DNA from: Octopus bimaculoides
Taxonomy: Eukaryota
DNA length: 64,000 nt
Reading direction: 5' to 3'
Assembly (NCBI RefSeq): GCF_001194135.2
Contig: NC_068997.1
Span: forward strand, 55,377,139 to 55,441,138
The notes beneath the pieces were generated by a model that ran no database searches, had not been told where the DNA came from, and saw only the letters and a program-made list of their open reading frames with translations. The first letter of the stretch is position 1. Each line of letters begins with the position of its first letter. Shown here piece after piece: positions 1-13,690 of the stretch. A program made the position numbers and the translations under genes.

Positions 1-220
1 CATACATGAAATACAAACTTATTTTGTTTCATAACAGAATACTGAAACACAGCCAAAGCACACAAGAGGAGAAAGATAGAAAGAAACAAGGAAGAAACGA
101 AAGAAAGACAAAAGGAAAGAAAGACTGGAAGTGGGCAGGAAAGATAGAGAAAAAGACATTGATAAAGAGAAATAGAGAAGCGGGGAGAGGAGAGAGAATA
201 TTTTGAGAGTCTTGAAGAAT

Positions 221-327
221 TAGATAGATAGAGAGAGAGATAGATAGACAGAGAGAAAGATAGACAGAGAGAAAGATAGACAGAGAGAAAGATAGACAGA
301 TAGATAAATAGATAGGTAGAGAGATAA

Positions 328-365
<38 letters not shown>
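221..365. repeat. (AGAT)n/(AG)n compound microsatellite
   Basis: Direct reading: tagatagata/gagaga arrays. Explains the low-complexity ORF 29..487. Confidence 0.95.
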
Positions 366-644
366 TCTGTCAAGTGTAGATAAACCAGAGCGTCAGAAGT
401 TCTAGCATATTCTAAGACACACATATGCACCCATATACAAATATAAATTATATATATGCATTCTGCATTATATATATACACACACATTATATATGTAGAT
501 ATAATGCATATATATATATATAATATATATGTATATATAATACATATAATTATATATAATACATATAATTATATATAAGTATGTATATATTATACATATA
601 TACTATATATACATAATATAAACATATATATACTATATATATAT

Positions 645-834
645 AGCCATGATAGATCGCTAGCCACTACACATTCTTTCTTTCTCTCCTTGTTTCTTCC
701 TTTGTTCCTTTCTGTGGAAGAGCATAGGCTCGAAACATTAAAGATGTTTTCACTTCCCGAGCATTATACTAATACATCTGTTTGTTGTCTACACCACCTG
801 TCTTAGTCTTTTGTTTTTTTTTTGTGAATTCTCC

Positions 835-835
<1 letters not shown>
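645..835 (+). mobile_element. Short interspersed element between (TA)n tracts carrying a degenerate minimal hammerhead motif (Penelope-like terminal fragment)
   Basis: A 190-bp non-microsatellite island flanked by TA repeats on both sides. It contains CTTT-CTGTGGA-A-GAGC[ATAG]GCTC-GAAAC-AT-T-AAAG at 708-743. Confidence 0.55.
708..743 (+). ncRNA. Degenerate minimal type I hammerhead ribozyme motif
   Basis: Stem I CTTT/AAAG; core CTGTGGA (CUGANGA with A6 changed); perfect stem II GAGC/GCTC; GAAAC; ACAT in place of the ACGT palindrome (CpG-type change). Confidence 0.5.
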
Positions 836-879
<44 letters not shown>

Positions 880-880
<1 letters not shown>

Positions 881-1043
881 CTTTTACTTGTTCAATCATT
901 TGACTGTGGCCATGCTAGGGCACCAGCTTTAGGGGTTTTACTTGAAGAAATCAACCCTAGAATTTATTCCTTGTAAGCCTAGTACTTATTCAAATGGTCC
1001 CTTTTGCCAAACTGCTAAGTTACAGGGGCATAAACACACCAGC
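880..1043 (-). mobile_element. SINE family A (my label), 3' portion
   Basis: cttttacttgttcaatcatttgactgtggccatgct...gtaaacacacc matches the copies at 29172, 41516 and 55141. Confidence 0.8.
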
Positions 1044-1459
1044 ATATATTTATGATATATAAGTGTGTGTATGTATGTGTATATATATATATAATGTATA
1101 TAACATATATGACAATATATATGTAAAATATGTGTATCCCCTACATATTACATAAACTAACACACACACATATATAGATGGTGAGAGAGAGATTTTGAAA
1201 ACTAGAGATATTACTCACATTATTAGACTTGTACAAACACATATAATCCCATGAATACAACAAGAAGAACAAAACTAAATAATCTTTTAAGTCAAACAAT
1301 AAACCACATGATAAAGCAAGAAATCTTGACACGCTATCGCAACTAATAAAAAACTATTTTACAACATGCAGCGACCACGCAACTTTTTAAACTCCTCTAA
1401 GCTTAAGATTCCACTTGTGATAATTCGACAAAAAACAAAAACAAAAAAGTACACACACA

Positions 1460-1610
1460 TCAAATAATAATAATAATAATAATGAAGATGCTGATGATAA
1501 TAGTAATAATAATAATAATAATGTTGATGATAATAGTAATAATAATAATAATATTAATAATAATAATAATAATAATAATAACAATAATAGTAATAATACT
1601 AATAAAACTA
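1460..1610. repeat. (AAT)n microsatellite
   Basis: Direct reading. Source of the poly-Leu ORF 1387..1641. Confidence 0.95.
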
Positions 1611-2593
1611 ATGGGATAGCAACTTCCATAAAGCTTCTCAAAAGGTTTACATTAGCCTCTAAATTACTGTCTATGATGTTGTTTTTGTTTTATTTGTAGT
1701 TGTAGTTTTGTTTTTGTTTTACCTAGATAGGTCTACAATAAAAGTGATAAGAAATATTGCCTGGCTTCAGTTTCAGGATATCAAATTACTGGCTAATCTT
1801 GTGTTATCACTAAAATATGCTTCCACAAGACAGAAAGAAGATGAAGAATTATTGTCAGATGCAGGATAAGAGAAAAATGATATGGTTATATGGTTGTACA
1901 AGAAATCCAGGATAAAGAGAGAGAGAGAGAGAGTGAGAGTGAGAAAGTGGGTGTACCAGAGTTTGAGTGTGTGTACGTGTGTGGGTATGTGTGGGTGTGC
2001 GTGCGCATGTATGTACATGTGGTGTATGTATTTATCTCAGCATGCATTCATATCTGTGAATATGAAGTTATGTGTACACGTAAGAGTAAAAATAACCAAA
2101 TAAGTAAATAAATAAGTAAATGAATGAATAAATAAATAAACGAATAAAGAAATAAATAGAAATAGCAGCAGGAGTGTGTGTTTATGAATATTTGACTATG
2201 TGAATGTAAGCAAATATTTGTATCTCTTTACACACTCATATCATAGCCAGGAAAAAAAAAAAAGACATTATTTATGTTGTTTGGTATGAGCATTACTTCC
2301 CTTCGCACATTCAAATTACAAAGGGATATGACAATATGCAAATAGTTATTTTCAGAGAGATTCTCTGAGAGGAAGTGATTACCGAAAATCCATATTAACA
2401 GCATTGTGTCAGCAATGGAGAAGTGAATAATGTAATTTTAATTTGAAATTCTCTTTTTGTCACACAAATTTCAATTGAAGCAGGATGTTTTTCAAATCAC
2501 ATAGATACATACATGTATTTTTAATGAGACTATCACCAAACTGACATTTTTTCCTCTCCTCGCACTGTGTGTATGTGTGTGTGTGTGTGTATG

Positions 2594-2648
<55 letters not shown>

Positions 2649-4424
2649 GCTTTTTAATTTACATGCCTGTTTGTGTGTGTATTTGTGTGTGGGGGCACAT
2701 TTGTGTGTTTGTCTATGTATCTTCATATGTGTGTAGGCTCAATTTTCTATTTATTAAGTTNNNNNNNNNNGGTGGTGGTGGTGGTGGTGGTGGTGGTGGC
2801 CATAGTTTCAATTTTATTTCATTTTAAAATTTATATCACAGTGTCTTGTCCTGTCAAGGATTGCATTTTCTTCCAGAAGTGCCGATCATTAATTGACTGG
2901 ACAGTGAGAGCAATAAGGGAGTGGTTGCAACTCAGTGCAGAACAAATAATGCTAGTGACCTTTGTTCACAAACCCCTGGTTTTTCTCCGTTTCCTTTATC
3001 TTATTTATATCCTTCACTAATAAAAATGGCAACAGTTATGCAAATGTGTAGAGAATTGCATACACAAACACACACATCTGCACAATTTTTGTCTCCCAGA
3101 TTCCACTCACACAGTCTGAAGCTAAAATAGACACACTTGTCCAAAACGTTGCTCAGTGGGATTATATCTGAAAGCAATGTGGTATTCTTTGAGGGTTAGC
3201 TAGACTGGAGTATCAAGACAATTGAGTGTGATTTGAACCAGAATACACAAATGTTACAATGATTTGAAACAAATTATTATAACACTGGAATAAATGCCTT
3301 GTGGTATTTCTTTCAGTTTTTTGCATTCTGACTTAAAATTCTGATTGGATCAACTTTACCCGTCATCACTTCAGGGTCAACGAAATAAAGTACCAGTTAT
3401 GAACTGGGGTCAATGGTATTGACTAACATCCTCCCATCAAAACTGCTGGCCTTGATCCAAAATTTGAAACAATTATTATTATTATTATTAAGTAACTTCT
3501 CCTCCTTAAAATTGCTGGCCTTGTGCCTAAATCAGTAGCCATTATTACAGTTATTATTATTATCATCATCATATTATTATTGTTGTTGTTGTTACTGTTA
3601 TCATCATCATCATCATCATCATCATCATTATTATTATTATTATTATTAATGTTGTTGTGAGAGTTGCAATTCACTTTGTCTTTCATGCCTTCATATTCAA
3701 TCATCTATATCCATTCCCAGACAAAATTGTGGCCGTATGCCAAAATAAGATATCAGCGTTCATGTTGTTGATGTTGGTGTTAAACTCTGATTTCGTTAGC
3801 AGACTTACGATCAAAGACATTCCAAGGAAATGGTGTATCCAGGCAACATTATCGATATAGCCTTCCTGTTTTAAGATAGCAACATAAGATTTAGGGTGGG
3901 AGGAGAATTGGTTGCTCTTTCTTGCAGGTTGAGTGACCATGTAAAGGCCACCCACATTAGCTCATTGTTGTTGTTATTGTTGGAAATAAGTAGTATTAGT
4001 AGCAGCAGCAGCAGCAGACACTGAATTACGCCACTGTCCACTAATTCTCAAGGTCAGTAGTTTCGAAATTTCAGTTTCAGCCTTTATATTACACAAAACA
4101 AAAGATTCCTTGAAATCATTACGAGCACTAAGATTTCCTGTTTTAAGCCTTGTTCCAATTTTGGTAAAGCATCAATATGTGATGTTCGATGGCAAGATAG
4201 CATACACCCCAAACCCTACCATTAGGAGTCAATTTCTGTTTCTGTGCTCCCGCAACAACCAGATCCTAAGGTTTCCAGATGTAACTTGTCAACAATCATT
4301 CATTATTTAAAAGATTAGTTAGAATTCAATTGCAATGGTTCAGACTTTTATACACCTTGTCATTCGCTGTTAATTTATGTGGTGGTGCATAGTCAGATTA
4401 ATTAATTATGTGGGTATGTATAAG

Positions 4425-4585
4425 CACAGACATAGCTGACTGGTTAAGAAGTTTGCTTCCCAGTTATGTGGTCTTGGGTTCAGTTCCATTCTGTGGCCTC
4501 CTGTGGCAAGTGTCTTCTACTATACCCCAAGGTAACCCATGCCTTGTGAGTGGATTTAGTGGATGGAAACTGAAAGACGCGCATC
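4425..4585 (+). mobile_element. tRNA-derived SINE family A, 5' portion
   Basis: A-box-like gctgactggttaag, B-box-like gggttcagttcc, then the ggcaagtgtcttctactata body shared with more than 8 copies in the window. Confidence 0.8.
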
Positions 4586-4670
4586 ATATTTGTATGAATA
4601 TCTGTGAGTATGCATACACACACACACACATATAGACAAATAGACATAACTTATATATATATATATATAT

Positions 4671-4739
4671 NNNNNNNNNNNNNNNNNNNNNNNNNNNNNN
4701 NNNNNNNNNNNNNNNNNNNNNNNNNNNNNNNNNNNNNNN
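4671..4739. other. Assembly gap (N run) between (AT)n and (GA)n
   Basis: Ns in the sequence. A further 10-N gap lies at 2761-2770. Confidence 1.
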
Positions 4740-4772
<33 letters not shown>

Positions 4773-4818
4773 GAGTGCGAAAAAAAGAGAGAGAAAGAGA
4801 GAGACATGATGTGTGTGG

Positions 4819-4858
<40 letters not shown>

Positions 4859-5034
4859 CATCATCATCGTTTTCTACAGATGGTGATGATGATAGATACA
4901 TATATATTTATACATAAGTATAACTTATATATGCATGTGCATGCATGTGTATGTATATGTGTGTGGGTGTGTGTGTGTGCAATGAGGTATATGTGTGTGT
5001 TTGTGTTTCCTTGTCTTGATATCACACAGTTGTT

Positions 5035-5235
5035 GTAAACACGTATTACCATCATGCAAACAGTAGCCTTCATTTCCTTCACCCTTCCATACAAGCATAT
5101 CCATTCACGGTGACATATTACGCTGCTTGGAAATAGATAAGGGTTAGTAGCAGGAAGAGCATCTGGCCGCAGAGAAATCCATCCGACCCATGCAAGCATG
5201 GAAAAGTAGACGTTAAAAAGATGATGATAATGATG
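5035..5235 (+). mobile_element. SINE/LINE-tail repeat family E (my label)
   Basis: gcaggaagagcatctggcc...gacccatgcaagcatggaaaagtagacgttaaaaagatgatgat with a (GAT)n tail. Related copies at 22480, 32040, 44227, 44886 and 52620. Confidence 0.7.
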
Positions 5236-7318
5236 ACAACGTATGTATACATGTGGTAGCAGTAACAGTGATTGTAATAGCAGAAGCAAAGTTGATAGAA
5301 TTCCTTAGATATAACTCATTAGACATAAATTACTAAAGCAATTAGCAAGCTGCACTGGCATAAAAATCTGCACTAATGTAATAGGAGTATATTGAGCACA
5401 CTTTCAAGTGGGTGCATATATGCTGCATTAACATGCATGTATCACAGTGCACTGATGCAGTATATTTGTACACTGCAATTTAGCATGATGGAGTATTAAT
5501 ACAGACATTTCTAACCATGGTATTATTTTAGCAGTCTTGCAATAAATTTGACTTTCAATGCATGGGATTTGTTTTGTCTTGTTTTTGCTTTTGATCAGTG
5601 AAACCAGTTTACACTGACTAGCTGCATTTTATGTTTAATTTATGACTAGATTCGCTCAAAAAATAAAATGAATAATAATAATAATAATTATAATGATAAT
5701 AATAGTTGTAGGAGTAGTAGTGATAATTCCTATAATAATAATAATAATAATAATAATAGTAATAATAATAATAATAGAAGCTGATAAGAAATTAATGAAG
5801 AAGAAAAAAATAGGTGAAAACATCATTAACATTTTATTATGGCTAGGGCTTTTGGTAATAATTGGTTAGTGCTGTATCCTGGCAGATATGGCTCTTTATG
5901 GCTGGGAACAGTTGATAACCATCCTAATTACTTGTTACTAAGAATGCACAACAACAACAACAATAACAACAACAAACAACAACAGTGGGAGCTCTGGAGT
6001 TGGTGGATATGGTATTGAATTGCACTTTGTGATACCAGCCTTCACAGATGAATGTTGATCGCCAAAAAAAGTATTTTATCACATCAAATGGAAATTGAAA
6101 GTAATGAAAAGTAAATAAACATTAATTTGTGTTAAATTAATGAATGTATGTGTGTGTGTGTGGATGCATACACATACACACACACATACAATAAATATAT
6201 GTACTGTATATAAAATATGTGTGTATGTGTGTAGAAAGTCATACAGACACACAGAAAATCCCATTTATGAGTATATGTTCACACACTTATATATAAGCAA
6301 CCCTTCGTGTGTGTATGTGGTAGTATGGTTGCCTGGCTTATATACTTTGGCCTGTGAGGTGGGTGGCCTTCCTGTGCAAATGGTACCTATTTGGAATGAG
6401 GTAAACCCTAGGAGTGTTTCTATGCAGCTTTGGTTCACAGAACTCCAGCACAAATTTTAACCACCCAATAACACAAGCAAAATGTGAAGTACAGGGTGTC
6501 CATGAATTAGTTTTGCGATTTGGAGAATTCAGAAAAAAATGTAAAACATGGATAACTCGGACAACATAGGCAAAGATGAACTCCATTGATTGCATGCTGC
6601 ACATCTAGACAATGTGGCAGTGGTAAAGATAAATAATGAACTCCCTGTATAACAATAGATGGAGATGTATAGAAAACAAACGAACTGGATATTGGTTGAA
6701 GAATTATATTTAACCTTATTCAGAATAGGAAACAGTGAAAATAATTAACATAAATGGAATTCTTTTAAATTTTACATAGACATCAGCTGTGAAATGCACT
6801 TCATTCTAGCTTAGGGCAAGAAACCTCACAGGAACAATATCTTTATTAGCATTCACAAATGATAAACAATGAAATGTTAGAAAAGTTGTACATAACAATA
6901 ATAAAATAGAAATGTGGCAAAATAAGACTGGAAGTAAGGATACACACATACACACACACATACGTAATGTGTGTATGTATATTTATATATGTATGTGCAT
7001 ATAAATCAAAACAAATCAAAAGCCAGGAAAAAAGTAAGAATAAGGCAGAACCATTGAAGTAAAAAATGCTGAGTACTACGTTGTTATGTGAACTCAATTT
7101 TTGTAGAGAGCACATGACTCTGGGGTCAAGCCTTGGGTCATTTGCAAATTTCAAAATAGCATTATTGAGATAATTTGATGGAATATTTTCAACATCATAC
7201 AAATGAAGTTTGGCTCATAACAGTATAGGACAGAATAAAATTACAGCTTTTCAATATTTCATTCTGTCATGACATTAATACAAATATATATATACATGTA
7301 TAAATGTGTGTGTGTGTA

Positions 7319-8096
7319 TAGAAGGTGGACAAATTAATGAAAACACTACTTTTAATTAATTATTTTTCTATTGGTCATATAACAAATTCAAAACTGTTCT
7401 AGTTTGTGTGTATTCATATGTATTCCGTGTGCATTGTACTTCAAGAAGTGGTCGATGACTCTAAAGCACAATGTCATCTGTTCTCATGAATCATCATTCA
7501 CCCATTTTCCCCACTTTGGGTGAGTTGATGTCTAGAGACAGCCCAAAGATGTGTTCAGCCCTGACTGTTTGGCCCCTACTGTGAAATATAGAAGGGGGCT
7601 CTGTGATAATTTGAACAATCATATCACAGAATTTACTTGGCCTTTTAGTTATTCTGTATGGTAGAGTCAAAGATTATACGAGTATATTTGCAGATCATGT
7701 CTAACCTAGAGTACAAAATTGTTCCTTGATAGTAGTGCAATCTTCCAAATTGATAATGTGCCTATTAATACAGCTAAAGTCATTCAAAATTGGTATGAAG
7801 AGCACAAAAGTGAAGTAGTCTTCTAGGATTGGCCCCCACAATCACTGAATCTCAATATAATCAAACATTTATTGCACATTTTGAATTAGCAAGTGAGGAA
7901 TTGATTCCCTCCATCAAAGAACTAAAGCAGGTTTTACTTGAATGACTCAAAATTCCCATAACAACCATTCAGAAACTGGATGAATCAATTCTTTGACATT
8001 TTAAAGCTGTGATTGACATCATAGGTGAACAAACTATTTATTAACTAATAGAACTTTTAGTTAACAAGGTAATTTTGTTATTTTGTCCAACCCCTG
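7319..8096 (+). mobile_element. Internally deleted, decayed Tc1-family (DD34E) DNA transposon
   Basis: TA flanks and imperfect TIRs (TAGAAGGTGGACAAA vs reverse complement CAGGGGTTGGACAAA). Transposase remnants read VICSHESSF, CLAPTVK..GSVI, FQIDNVPINTAKVIQNWYEEH and DWPPQSLNLNIIKHL, matching SDES/FQxDNAP/WPPQSPDLNxIE. Several stops; DNA-binding domain missing. Confidence 0.9.
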
Positions 8097-8140
8097 TATG
8101 TAGATATACATGTGGGTGTGTACATACGGTACATACATGC

Positions 8141-8171
<31 letters not shown>

Positions 8172-8707
8172 TTTATATTATACTCATTTGCCAGTTGTTG
8201 GAAATATATTTGCTTTAAAGCCATTTCATCTGAAATCACCCCCCTCTCCAACCTGTATAATTTCCATAAACTCACTAACACAAAAATTATTCCAACCTTT
8301 CCTAAACCAAAACGAAAATAAAACAGAAAACTGATTATTTAGACTCTTGGAAGCAGCAGAGTTACCATAATATGTACCGATGTGTCTGTGTATGCACAGA
8401 CAATTAAATACAAACATATATGATGTCAATAATATTTTTTGCTAACTTCAAACAATCAAACTTTTGAAATCAATCAGAAATGCAAATTATCTGTACTGAT
8501 ATATCACTTTCCTGGTCAAAAGATTAATAGCCAATTTTTAATGACTTTGGAAATATCAGGCTGCCGTACTAACCGTGAACAAATATAGACAATAATACCT
8601 CTGAGGATTGGAATCGGCTTCAAATAAAATACAAACTGATAAGTTAGAATTATAAACATTATTTATCATTGATAAAGTTTAGTTTTGCTTTGCTTTCCAT
8701 ATACACT

Positions 8708-8798
<91 letters not shown>

Positions 8799-8800
8799 TT

Positions 8801-9012
8801 AAGGTAGCAAACTGGCAGAATCAGTAGCGTGCCAGGCAGAATGCTTAGCAGTATTTCATCTGGCTTCATGTTTTGAGTTCAAATTCCATCAAGGTCAACT
8901 TTGCCTTTCATCCTTTTGGGGTTGATAAATTAAGTACCAGTCAAGTACTGCGGTCGATGTGATCGACTATCCCACCCACCACAAATTCCAGGCCTTGTGT
9001 CTAGAGTAGGAA
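8801..9012 (+). mobile_element. tRNA-derived SINE family B (my label)
   Basis: actggcagaatc A-box, gagttcaaattcc B-box, and the conserved actttgcctttcatcc...aattaagtaccagt core. Other copies at about 3325, 9695, 13515, 14440, 21075(-), 30915(-), 37430(-) and 42395(-). Confidence 0.85.
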
Positions 9013-10238
9013 AAATTATTTTTATTGTTATGATTATTATTATTATTATTAATTTTCATTTATTTTTATTCATTTATTTATTTTTTTGCAGCTACAGAAG
9101 AAAGGATTATCCTCATCTTCATGATTTCAATCAAACTGTCTCTGAGTTTCTACTGTGCCACCAGGCACACCATTCTGTTCCTTAGATATATTGACTTTTA
9201 GGAACCAAAAAATTGTTTGTAGACTGCATCAATTTTACTACTGTCGTTAGGCTAATGACCAGGAGGCAACAGGAGCCAGAAGACAAAGCAATGAGAAAGA
9301 GAGTGAGGATATGAAGGAGAGAAAAAGGAAGAGTAAGATGGGGGTGACATGGGGTAGAACAGTTGAGAAGGATGAAGATTTTGCTGAGCACAATCAGTCC
9401 AATACAGTCTCCAATGTAAAGACATGGAGACAAGTCAGGGACACAGTATTCTAAAACATGTACATATATATATAGGACAACAGATTGGTGGAATCATTAC
9501 AGTGTCACTTTGCAGTATTTCTTCTGGCTCATTACACTCCAAGTTCAAATACTGCCAAGGTCACCTTAGCCGTTCATTCTTTTTTTCTGTTGAGATGTAA
9601 TGCACCTGAGCATTGCATGCAATAAGTTCATCAATATTAATTTATCTATAATAAAAACAAAAAAAAAAGATCTTGGTCATTATTTCTAACCCCAGGGTGG
9701 CAGAATCATAAGCATATCAGGTGAAATGCTTAACAGTATTTTATCTGTCACTAAGTTCAAATTCTGCCGAGGTCAACTTTGCCTTTCATCCTTTCGGGGT
9801 CAATAAATTAAGTTCTCCTCCCACCAAATTTCTAGCCTTGTGCCTTGAGTAGAAAGCATTATTTCTAACCATAAAGTTTCCATTCTTTGATCAACTTACT
9901 CTATAGAATTCTCAGCTATTTTCATTAGCATGGTTGAGTATTTGACAGATCCATATTTCTTTAATATTACTCTCCGGTAGAATCAGTTATAATCCAATGT
10001 GGTATGGCCAGACTTTGAACTACTCGTTCATGCCACCCAGTGAACTTTGACACATTTTCCATCAATCCTATACCATTTGCAAGACAAGGACTGACAAAAG
10101 CTATAGAAAAGGTCACTTGTCCAAAAGGTCATGCAATAAGATCAAATCCAGGAAGTCATGAAGCTGAAATGAACATCTTAACCATTCAACCTTACAATAC
10201 CTAAACCAATCTATTTATACACACACACACACAATACA

Positions 10239-10274
<36 letters not shown>

Positions 10275-10758
10275 AGAGAGAGAGAGAGGAGTTAGATAAA
10301 GAGACAAACAGACAGACTGAAAGAGAGAAGTCAAACACAAGAGAGATGGAGACAGACAGATAATCATAGTTTCCATATACTTACAGGAGAGAGGGTAAAT
10401 TTATTCTGTTTAGCATCTCAAACCACTTGACATCTCATTACTTTGTATACACGCACACACACACACACGGGCGCACGCACACACATGCACATGATATATG
10501 TATGCTCATATAGAATGAAATAAAACTTTTATTGATAGGAAATTTGTTTTGGTAAAAGTGTGTCCTTTGTAAAATATAACGTATTGCAGTTCTGTAATAA
10601 ATGTTCTTCTATAAAAAGCATTCAGGATTTTTATGATTCTGCTGTGGAAAGTAAGGAATGGTACATCACATCCTAACTAACATTGTAAAAGCAGACACAC
10701 AGACAGAGGGAGAAGCAGAGAGAGAAAAGGGACGAAAGGGTGAGAAATATTTACCATC

Positions 10759-10822
<64 letters not shown>

Positions 10823-12317
10823 TACATATATATGTTGAAGAACCAAGCACAAAATAGAAAAAATGGCAGGATAAGTTCACAATCAGTGTGTGTGTGTTTG
10901 TTCTTCTGTCTGTTTACCTGTTTACAATGTTCCTTCTTCATGCTTAAGCTCTTATAAAATTAGACGAAAACTCTCTTGAATAAAATAAAGTACAAAATAT
11001 ATTTTCTATTCTGATGGTAACCTAACATATCTTCATGTTCTTTTCTCCTAAAATTATGTCATATTCATTTTTCAGCAATAACAAACAAAAAAAAAAACAA
11101 AAAAAAAGCAACCAAACAAAAAACACACAATCTGGAACAATTTCTTGGTAAACGAAGTGGTTGTATCAGGAATTTGTGTAGAATTATATCACTGTTATTA
11201 AAACAGCAAGACAGAGATATTTACTTGCTTATATTACAGCACAGTAAATGAAACCTAGTTTAATGGTATTCATTAAATTCTATTCAGTAAGGGAAATATT
11301 TGTTCTCTTCTATAGATGCAAATTAATATAATTAATGAGAAAGAGAGAATGAATGGAATGGTTATACAAGAATATATTCCTGAAGGTAATTGGATTGGGT
11401 TACAACTAAACAGAGACCTATCCGAAATAGGCTAACGCACTATACTATATAACATGAGTCTTTATAAATATAGAAAATACACGCTTTTCTGTTTTGTTTA
11501 TTATAATTTTTAATATGGTAACTATTAATTATCGTAATTTACAGAGTTTTGTAAAAGCTAAGGAATTATCAACTAACTCTATTTAATTTCCAAGCTGTCA
11601 AGATAATTGTGCTTTTTTCTGTATGTATAACTGCCATAGTTATTATACATGTAATAATAATAATAATAATCATAATAATAATAATGATGATGATGATAAA
11701 ATGTAAGGAACATCTTGTAAATTAATATCCTGTTATAATTATACTTTTGTGTATGGTTACAGCTGATGCTATTTGTTCTTGGATACATATACTATAATAA
11801 TTGTGCTTATTAAACATATTAAAACAGTTACATTTCAGAAACGTTTATTGAATATAGTTTTTTCTAAGTAACTAAAGCAATTCATTGTTATTTAAAATGA
11901 AGAAAATAAAATCTCATATTTTGCTTTGCATCAAAATAAACTGCACCCTGTGCCACAACAGATCGCCACATCATACCCTAATACACTGCACACTGTGCCT
12001 CGATAAACAATGCTTGGTTCCCCATTATTGTGACTCAATATACACCAAACTCTGACCCAATTGATCAAAAGTATGTTCCTGTAGACACCATTTCATTTCC
12101 CAGTAGATGCCACTTTGTGCTCCAATACACACTATGTTCTATCTGAACAGACAGCACACCAAGTCTCAACAGACACCTCACAGGGACTCTACAAAGAAAT
12201 TAACAACTTTGATTAATTACTTTTAGAAACTATCTTCAACAGATTACCAAATATTTACTATTTCATGCAACAAAAACAACAAATGCTTGTAAATTGTTGA
12301 TGCTGGCAATATTTGAA

Positions 12318-12427
<110 letters not shown>

Positions 12428-13061
12428 GCTTACAAGACATTTTGTCCATTGGTCTACAAAGGATGATCAATTTGATGACAACAGTGGTGACGATAGTAAT
12501 AATGGAATTATTTCAAAGAAGCTGGTAGAATCTGTAAAGAACTGGACATGTTTCGTTTTACATTTGGGATACAAAACCAGCTTTTTATTCGTCAGAGGTT
12601 AATAAAATTAGTATCAGTCAAGTATTGAAGCTAGAGGTCAATTTAATTGACTGGACAAAATATGTGGCCTTGAGCCATTATTAATATCATTCTTGCTTTG
12701 TTTTATACAAGCTGTTCCAAGTCTCAACCAAAGACCATAAGTAACAGTAAACCAGACGTCTTACTATGGATGTTATTTATGATTAGCAATAATACAGCTT
12801 ACGTGAAGAAGGCCAGAATCTGAGACCAAAGATTCTGTTATATTTATAATGTTTCAGTTTTGACAGAGTTTTAAGAGAAACAGGTGTTTTGAAGTTGATA
12901 ATGTTTTAATGATATTATTATTGTTATTATTATTATGTTTGAGTTTTGCTTTGTATTTGTACAAGCTGACTCCAAGTCTCACTCAGAGACTTCAAGAGAC
13001 AACAAGTTAGAAGTTATGTTGGTGTTATGACTAGGGTTTTGCAGAGAGTAGTGGATGTCAT

Positions 13062-13490
13062 CAAAGTGACTCTGGGTGCAGATATACAAAGTCCAATATA
13101 CCCACCATGACTACCTGTCTGATAAGGGTCTGCAAAGCACATGCATCACCACTATATATGCGTGACATGGTGATCCCATATCAAGATAAACAGTGCATGA
13201 CCTTCAGGTAGGTGGGGCCTAGTTAGAATTTTCTTCAGGTTGAGTAGCCTATCCTGTTCAAAAGGTCTCTGAATAAGGATTGTTTAAGGAAGATGAATGA
13301 AACACTCATGTTTCTAGAGATGAATTATTCAAATCTCAAAGAACTCCCCTCAACACATAGCTATGATACTCCCCAACTACTTCTGCTCCTGATCAGAGAT
13401 GCATATATTGTCAGTTAAGAAGTGACATGCTCAGCTGGTGACAGTCAAGCTATTGACTAGCAAATCTGTGATAGTGAGCAGAATATTATT
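13062..13490. mobile_element. Interspersed repeat, family unassigned
   Basis: GC-richer block without an ORF, bounded by an (ATT)n tract. It resembles an octopus dispersed repeat recalled from memory and has no second copy in the window. Confidence 0.4.
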
Positions 13491-13654
13491 ATTATTATTA
13501 TTATTATTATTATGCAAATTCCACTGAGGTCAACTTTGTCTTTCATCCTTTCAATGTCGATGAATTAATTCCCCATCATGCACTTGGGTTGATGTAATCA
13601 ACTGTTCTCCTCCCACAACATTTCAGACCTTGTGCCTATAGTACAAAGGGCTGC

Positions 13655-13690
<36 letters not shown>

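Noticed and set aside
1726-1870. Plus-strand terminal-exon candidate (DRSTIKVIRN...LLSDAG*)
   Set aside because: Good acceptor, but no upstream partner exon, homology or clear polyadenylation support within the window.
29-5038. Long ORFs such as 29..487, 1387..1641 and 4604..5038
   Set aside because: Translations of microsatellites and N gaps (YIYI, CVCV, poly-L, ERER).
6499-6560. TACAGGGTGTCC mariner-like terminal sequence
   Set aside because: No partner TIR or transposase motif found nearby.
12804-12840. GTGAAGAAGGCC...GACCAAAG hammerhead look-alike
   Set aside because: Core, GAAA and stem III are all degenerate and there is no stem I.
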